The notes beneath the pieces are model-generated. The model had not been told where the DNA came from. It saw nothing but the letters and a program-made list of their open reading frames with translations, and did no database searches. The translations under genes were made by a program, and so were the position numbers. Source: Flavobacteriales bacterium (GTDB lineage: Bacteria; Bacteroidota; Bacteroidia; M30B66). Taken from it: a stretch of 64,000 nucleotides of DNA. Below are positions 60,326-64,000 of this stretch, in pieces; the stretch's first letter is position 1, and the number at the start of each line of letters is the position of its first letter. The stretch lies in assembly GCA_046294625.1 (NCBI GenBank), contig JBKBKN010000020.1:1-64000 (forward strand), read 5' to 3'.

Positions 60326-61800
60326 TTATTTCCTCCAAGATTAATTCGCGGGTCGGCTGCTTTATATAACAAATCGGATATGAAGTAGCCGATAATGGTT
60401 AACAAACCAAATATGGTAAATACTGCAACTATCATAGGATAATCATAGTTTTGTATTGACTCATATATTTCTAGTCCCATTCCCGGTATTGAGAAGATGG
60501 TTTCAATTATAACAGAACCGCCAAAAGCAACAGGAAAAATACTAGCAAAAATAGTGATGATGGGTAATAGTGCATTTCTGAAAGCATGCTTAAGCAAAAC
60601 TTTCTTTTCACTTAAACCTTTTGCCCTAGCAGTGCGGATGAAATCTTGTTTCATTACATCAGCAATACTTCCGCGCATTTGACGGCTTATAAATGCAAAG
60701 GATGCATAGGTATAGGTTATTACAGGCAAAACTAGATAAGGAGCATAATGGGAAATACGTTTAAAAAAAGACCAATTTGGGTCAAACTCAGAAGGATCTT
60801 TAACACCAGATTCGGGAAACCAGTCAAAAAAATCGGGATTTGCAAATACTACAAGAAGCAAGGTGCCAACAAAAAAGCCTGGCAAAGAATATAGAGCGAA
60901 GAGAAGTACTCCGGTAATTTTATCGAAAAAACTATTGGCCTTATATCCGGCATAGAGTCCCACTGGTATGCTCACTAGATAGGCAATGAGAATAGATATT
61001 ACGGCTAAAATCAGAGACCATTTCATTTTTTGTCCGATACGATCACTGATTCTCTGACCATCTCTAAATGAAATACCAAAATCACCCTGTATAATCCCAT
61101 TTGATGTGCTTCCATTGCCAAACATCCAATAGTGATATTGATTTTGCAAGCCAAACCATGATATTACCGGAACAAATGCCTTCCATATTTTTTGCTCATT
61201 GATTATGATATGGATGTTTTCTTTGACACTTGACACCAATTCCGGCTTCCAATCTATTGGGAGTTGATCGAGTAATAGATTGAGTGTATCGCATTTGGAT
61301 TGAAAAAAGCCAAAACTTCCTTTCCCAAACAATTTTGCTGAAGCTACTTCAATTTTGGTGATGAGCTCTTGATCGATGCTCTTATAGGATATTGTACTGT
61401 TTTGGATATGCCCTTCTTTTTTTAGCACTTCAGCCAATCGTTCTGTATCCTTGTGTAAAGCATAAACTTCATCCGGCCTTCCTGAAACTCTTGCTAAATA
61501 AAGTAGCGTCTTCCGCTTCTGATTGTCAGTGATGGCATGTATTTCCCTATTTTCAGCCAACGTCCCAAAGCCTATGTAAAATAACGGTAAGTCAAGACCC
61601 ATTTTTCGGATGATATCTCGCTTCATTTCCTCCCTGTCACCTCCCATTGCACTGGCTTCTCCACTAGTATTTTCAGCAACAGAAAGCAATCTGTCAACAG
61701 GATCGCCGGGGGCATTTGCACTGATTACAAAAGCCAGCAAGGAGATTACCACTAGTGTGGGAATCATAATCAATAGCCTTTTGGCGATGTAACTTAGCAT
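60322..61800 (-). CDS. ABC transporter permease, OppB/DppB-like with large periplasmic insertion
   Basis: TM1, then a ~200-aa extracytoplasmic region, then a 5-TM core with the EAA loop (DFIRTARAKGLSEKKVLLKHAFRNALLP). 4-nt overlap with the downstream permease. Confidence 0.75.
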   Translation of the reverse strand: MLSYIAKRLLIMIPTLVVISLLAFVISANAPGDPVDRLLSVAENTSGEASAMGGDREEMKRDIIRKMGLDLPLFYIGFGTLAENREIHAITDNQKRKTLLYLARVSGRPDEVYALHKDTERLAEVLKKEGHIQNSTISYKSIDQELITKIEVASAKLFGKGSFGFFQSKCDTLNLLLDQLPIDWKPELVSSVKENIHIIINEQKIWKAFVPVISWFGLQNQYHYWMFGNGSTSNGIIQGDFGISFRDGQRISDRIGQKMKWSLILAVISILIAYLVSIPVGLYAGYKANSFFDKITGVLLFALYSLPGFFVGTLLLVVFANPDFFDWFPESGVKDPSEFDPNWSFFKRISHYAPYLVLPVITYTYASFAFISRQMRGSIADVMKQDFIRTARAKGLSEKKVLLKHAFRNALLPIITIFASIFPVAFGGSVIIETIFSIPGMGLEIYESIQNYDYPMIVAVFTIFGLLTIIGYFISDLLYKAADPRINLGGNK

Positions 61801-61807
61801 GGTTTAA

Positions 61808-63589
61808 TTAGAAGTGATCAGGATTGCGAAGATAATTTTCTTTTAGCTTAAGATTGTTAAGAATTATATGAGGTTTTTCATTGTAAAACTCTATGTTTTC
61901 AAACCTTTTGTGAACAGCAACTTTTTTTGTTGCGTTAAATATAAAAACGTAAGGCTGTTCTTCATATACAATTTCTTGAAGCTGATGCATAATCATTTTG
62001 CGTTTCTCCGGATCTAAGGTCACATTAGATAATTCTATCAAAGAGTCAGATACGGAATTGCCGAAACCAACAAAGTTAGCGCCCTTTGATGTCCAGGAGC
62101 TAGAGTGCCAAATTTGACGTGCATCTTCAGGTCCGGCACTCGACGACCATGAGCCTAACATCGCATCAAAGTCCTGAGCAAACGCTTTTTGGTAAAAAAC
62201 TGAAAAATCCATCGGGTTTGGAATAACATTGATACCTGCCTTATACATGGTTTCTTTCACCATGAGTCCAATCTCTTTGGTAACAGGTGATATCATGTAA
62301 TTAAGCGTAAAAGAAAAAGGTACTTTTTTACCATTGATAACTTTATCACGAATGTTATCTCCATCCGTATCTATCCAGCCCGCTTCGTCTAATAGTTTTT
62401 TTGCTTTTGCAATGTCAAGCTGTATCAAAGGAAGATTATGATTATAATCATCTTGCATAGGTAGAATAAAACTTGCCATTCTGTTTGCTTTGCCCTTAGC
62501 CATCACTTCGATAATTTCTTCTACCGGTGTGAGATGAGCTATGGCCCTTCTTACCCGCTTATCTGTGAAAAATGGCATTCGACTCGATGCCGGCTTCATA
62601 TTCATGCCTAAATATGCATAAGTAAACGAACCCACATAATCAGAAGCGTAGTTTTCATTAAAGTATTTTAGTTTCTGGAGTTTGATCATAGCTGGTGTTG
62701 TCAGCTCTGTAGTTATATCAATTTGTTCTTTTTTCAAAGCCAACACAACCGGCTCCATGTCTTTGATAATTTTGAAAATGATCTTATCAGGGAATTGTTG
62801 ATCATATACACTCGTGCTGTTTGCACCCCACCAATTTTTCTTTCTTTCAAGAATTAAACTGCTACCGGTAGACCATTCTGTAATTCTATAAGGACCCAAA
62901 CCAACCAATTGCGAAGGTAAACGTGCATTATCAACCTTGTTGAATCCTTGAACGATAGTAAATAACTGTTTGTGTTTATCGCTTTCGAAGTTTTTATCAA
63001 AATCGTCAATACGGTATTTTCTGAAGACTTTTTCTGGATCCCAGAAGCGTTCCTGTAGAACATGAATTTCTGTCAGCATTCTGAGATTGGCGAAATATAA
63101 CTTTCGCATTTCTATGCTGAATTTTAGGGAGTCATCATCGTAAAGTCGAATATTCTTGATGTTTTCAAAAATTGGCTTTGAAGTGGGGTTATTTGTAAAG
63201 GGGCATTTAATCATTTTAAGCGTAAAAGCCACATCTTTGGCGGTGCAAGCTGTACCATCGTCCCATTTAATTCCTTCTTTTAGTCGGAAATGGTAAGTGA
63301 GTGAATCTGCGGACATTTCCGGTAAATCAACCAATAAATCGGGGATAATTTCAAAATTTCTGATGTCGGTCATCAGAAGCCTTTTTTGGGTCAGACTGAA
63401 TATGATTCTTTGATAAATATTATTGTCGTTCGTGGGGTGTAATCCTAAGGGCTCAGCCAGAAAATGCATGATAATGGTGTTCTGAGACAAATCCCGCTTT
63501 TTTACACATGATACCCCTATGAACATTATTAAAATAGGGATTAGAAGCTTTTGGCGCGTTTTCATTTTAACGAAGTAAACGTACATCAA
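61808..63589 (-). CDS. ABC transporter substrate-binding lipoprotein, family 5 (peptide/nickel, OppA-like)
   Basis: Lipobox FIGVSCVKK. ~590 aa with cluster-C SBP size and pattern. It is the first gene of the SBP-permease-permease operon. Confidence 0.7.
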   Translation of the reverse strand: MMYVYFVKMKTRQKLLIPILIMFIGVSCVKKRDLSQNTIIMHFLAEPLGLHPTNDNNIYQRIIFSLTQKRLLMTDIRNFEIIPDLLVDLPEMSADSLTYHFRLKEGIKWDDGTACTAKDVAFTLKMIKCPFTNNPTSKPIFENIKNIRLYDDDSLKFSIEMRKLYFANLRMLTEIHVLQERFWDPEKVFRKYRIDDFDKNFESDKHKQLFTIVQGFNKVDNARLPSQLVGLGPYRITEWSTGSSLILERKKNWWGANSTSVYDQQFPDKIIFKIIKDMEPVVLALKKEQIDITTELTTPAMIKLQKLKYFNENYASDYVGSFTYAYLGMNMKPASSRMPFFTDKRVRRAIAHLTPVEEIIEVMAKGKANRMASFILPMQDDYNHNLPLIQLDIAKAKKLLDEAGWIDTDGDNIRDKVINGKKVPFSFTLNYMISPVTKEIGLMVKETMYKAGINVIPNPMDFSVFYQKAFAQDFDAMLGSWSSSAGPEDARQIWHSSSWTSKGANFVGFGNSVSDSLIELSNVTLDPEKRKMIMHQLQEIVYEEQPYVFIFNATKKVAVHKRFENIEFYNEKPHIILNNLKLKENYLRNPDHF

Positions 63590-63711
63590 TTCTATGATAT
63601 CGCAAAGTTCAACAACATTTTATTTGGTTGATTACTTGTGGCTTAACAAAAACTTTTTGCAAGAATTTTTTTCAAAGTATTTTTATTTACATTTGCACCC
63701 TCTTTATGAAT

Positions 63712-64000
63712 GCCTAAGGGTATTCATTAGGTGCAGTGGGTTTTTGGCTGAAACCAATCCCTACCAACCAGCAGGGACTAAACTGTCGTACAGGAAACTG
63801 TTTTGCAGTATAAATAAAAGAAGTTCTTTCACATAATGTGAGGTGGGTGAGTGGCTGAAACCAATCCCTACTAACCAGTAGGGACTAAACTGTCGTACAG
63901 GAAACTGTTTTGCAGTATAAATAAAAGAAGTTCTTTCACATAAGGTGAGGTGGGTGAGTGGCTGAAACCAATCCCTACTAACCAGTAGGGACTAAACTGT
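63712..64000. repeat. 107-bp tandem repeat array (at least 2.7 copies, ~97% identical), truncated by window end
   Basis: GGCTGAAACCAATCCCTAC(C/T)AACCAG(C/T)AGGGACTAAACTGTCGTACAGGAAACTGTTTTGCAGTATAAATAAAAGAAGTTCTTTCACATAA(T/G)GTGAGGTGGGTGAGT recurs at 63736, 63843 and 63950. Each unit has a 7-bp stem / 4-nt loop palindrome CCCTACT-AACC-AGTAGGG. Confidence 0.9.

Noticed and set aside
63594-63836. 80-aa plus-strand ORF downstream of the SBP gene
   Set aside because: It lies across the 107-bp tandem repeat array and the divergent promoter region. Its composition is driven by the repeat sequence, and it has no start context or homology sense.
63712-64000. Possible CRISPR array at window end
   Set aside because: The entire 107-bp unit repeats, including what would be spacers, and there is no short conserved repeat separated by unique sequences. 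This is a tandem duplication, not a CRISPR.

Overview
A 64-kb chromosomal segment that looks like a Bacteroidota genome. The support is a set of T9SS C-terminal sorting domains of both type A and type B, SCxK/SCxE-type lipoprotein signals, TTG starts, and AT-rich intergenic spacers. It mixes housekeeping genes (cdsA, an Mrp antiporter cluster mrpBCDEFG, yceD-rpmF-fabH-accB-accC, gyrB, rsmG, an ECF-like sigma factor, tgt, lptF/G, pcm, a tRNA with CAT anticodon, a CPA2 K+/H+ antiporter, an Opp-like ABC importer) with a surface/accessory repertoire. That repertoire includes a collagen-like secreted protein, five T9SS cargo proteins (one an M1 aminopeptidase, two a tandem paralog pair, one a 1171-aa protein with an N-terminal CUB domain), an NfeD-flotillin pair, scattered polysaccharide-synthesis genes and an AddA/RecB-like helicase-nuclease. 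The most notable locus is a six-gene, translationally coupled minus-strand operon (9487-17144). It links a DUF1501-like Tat-secreted protein, four lipoproteins (two sharing an R-x-P-T/S-x-x-E motif, one with a CX3CH motif) and the CUB-domain T9SS cargo. I could not recognise this as any named system. Other items: a YdeI-family gene interrupted by two in-frame stop codons, an Mrp cluster lacking mrpA, a 107-bp tandem repeat array running off the window end, and degenerate tandem repeats between flotillin and accC. Many short antisense ORFs in the supplied track are spurious. All assignments rest on manual motif recognition, not database searches.
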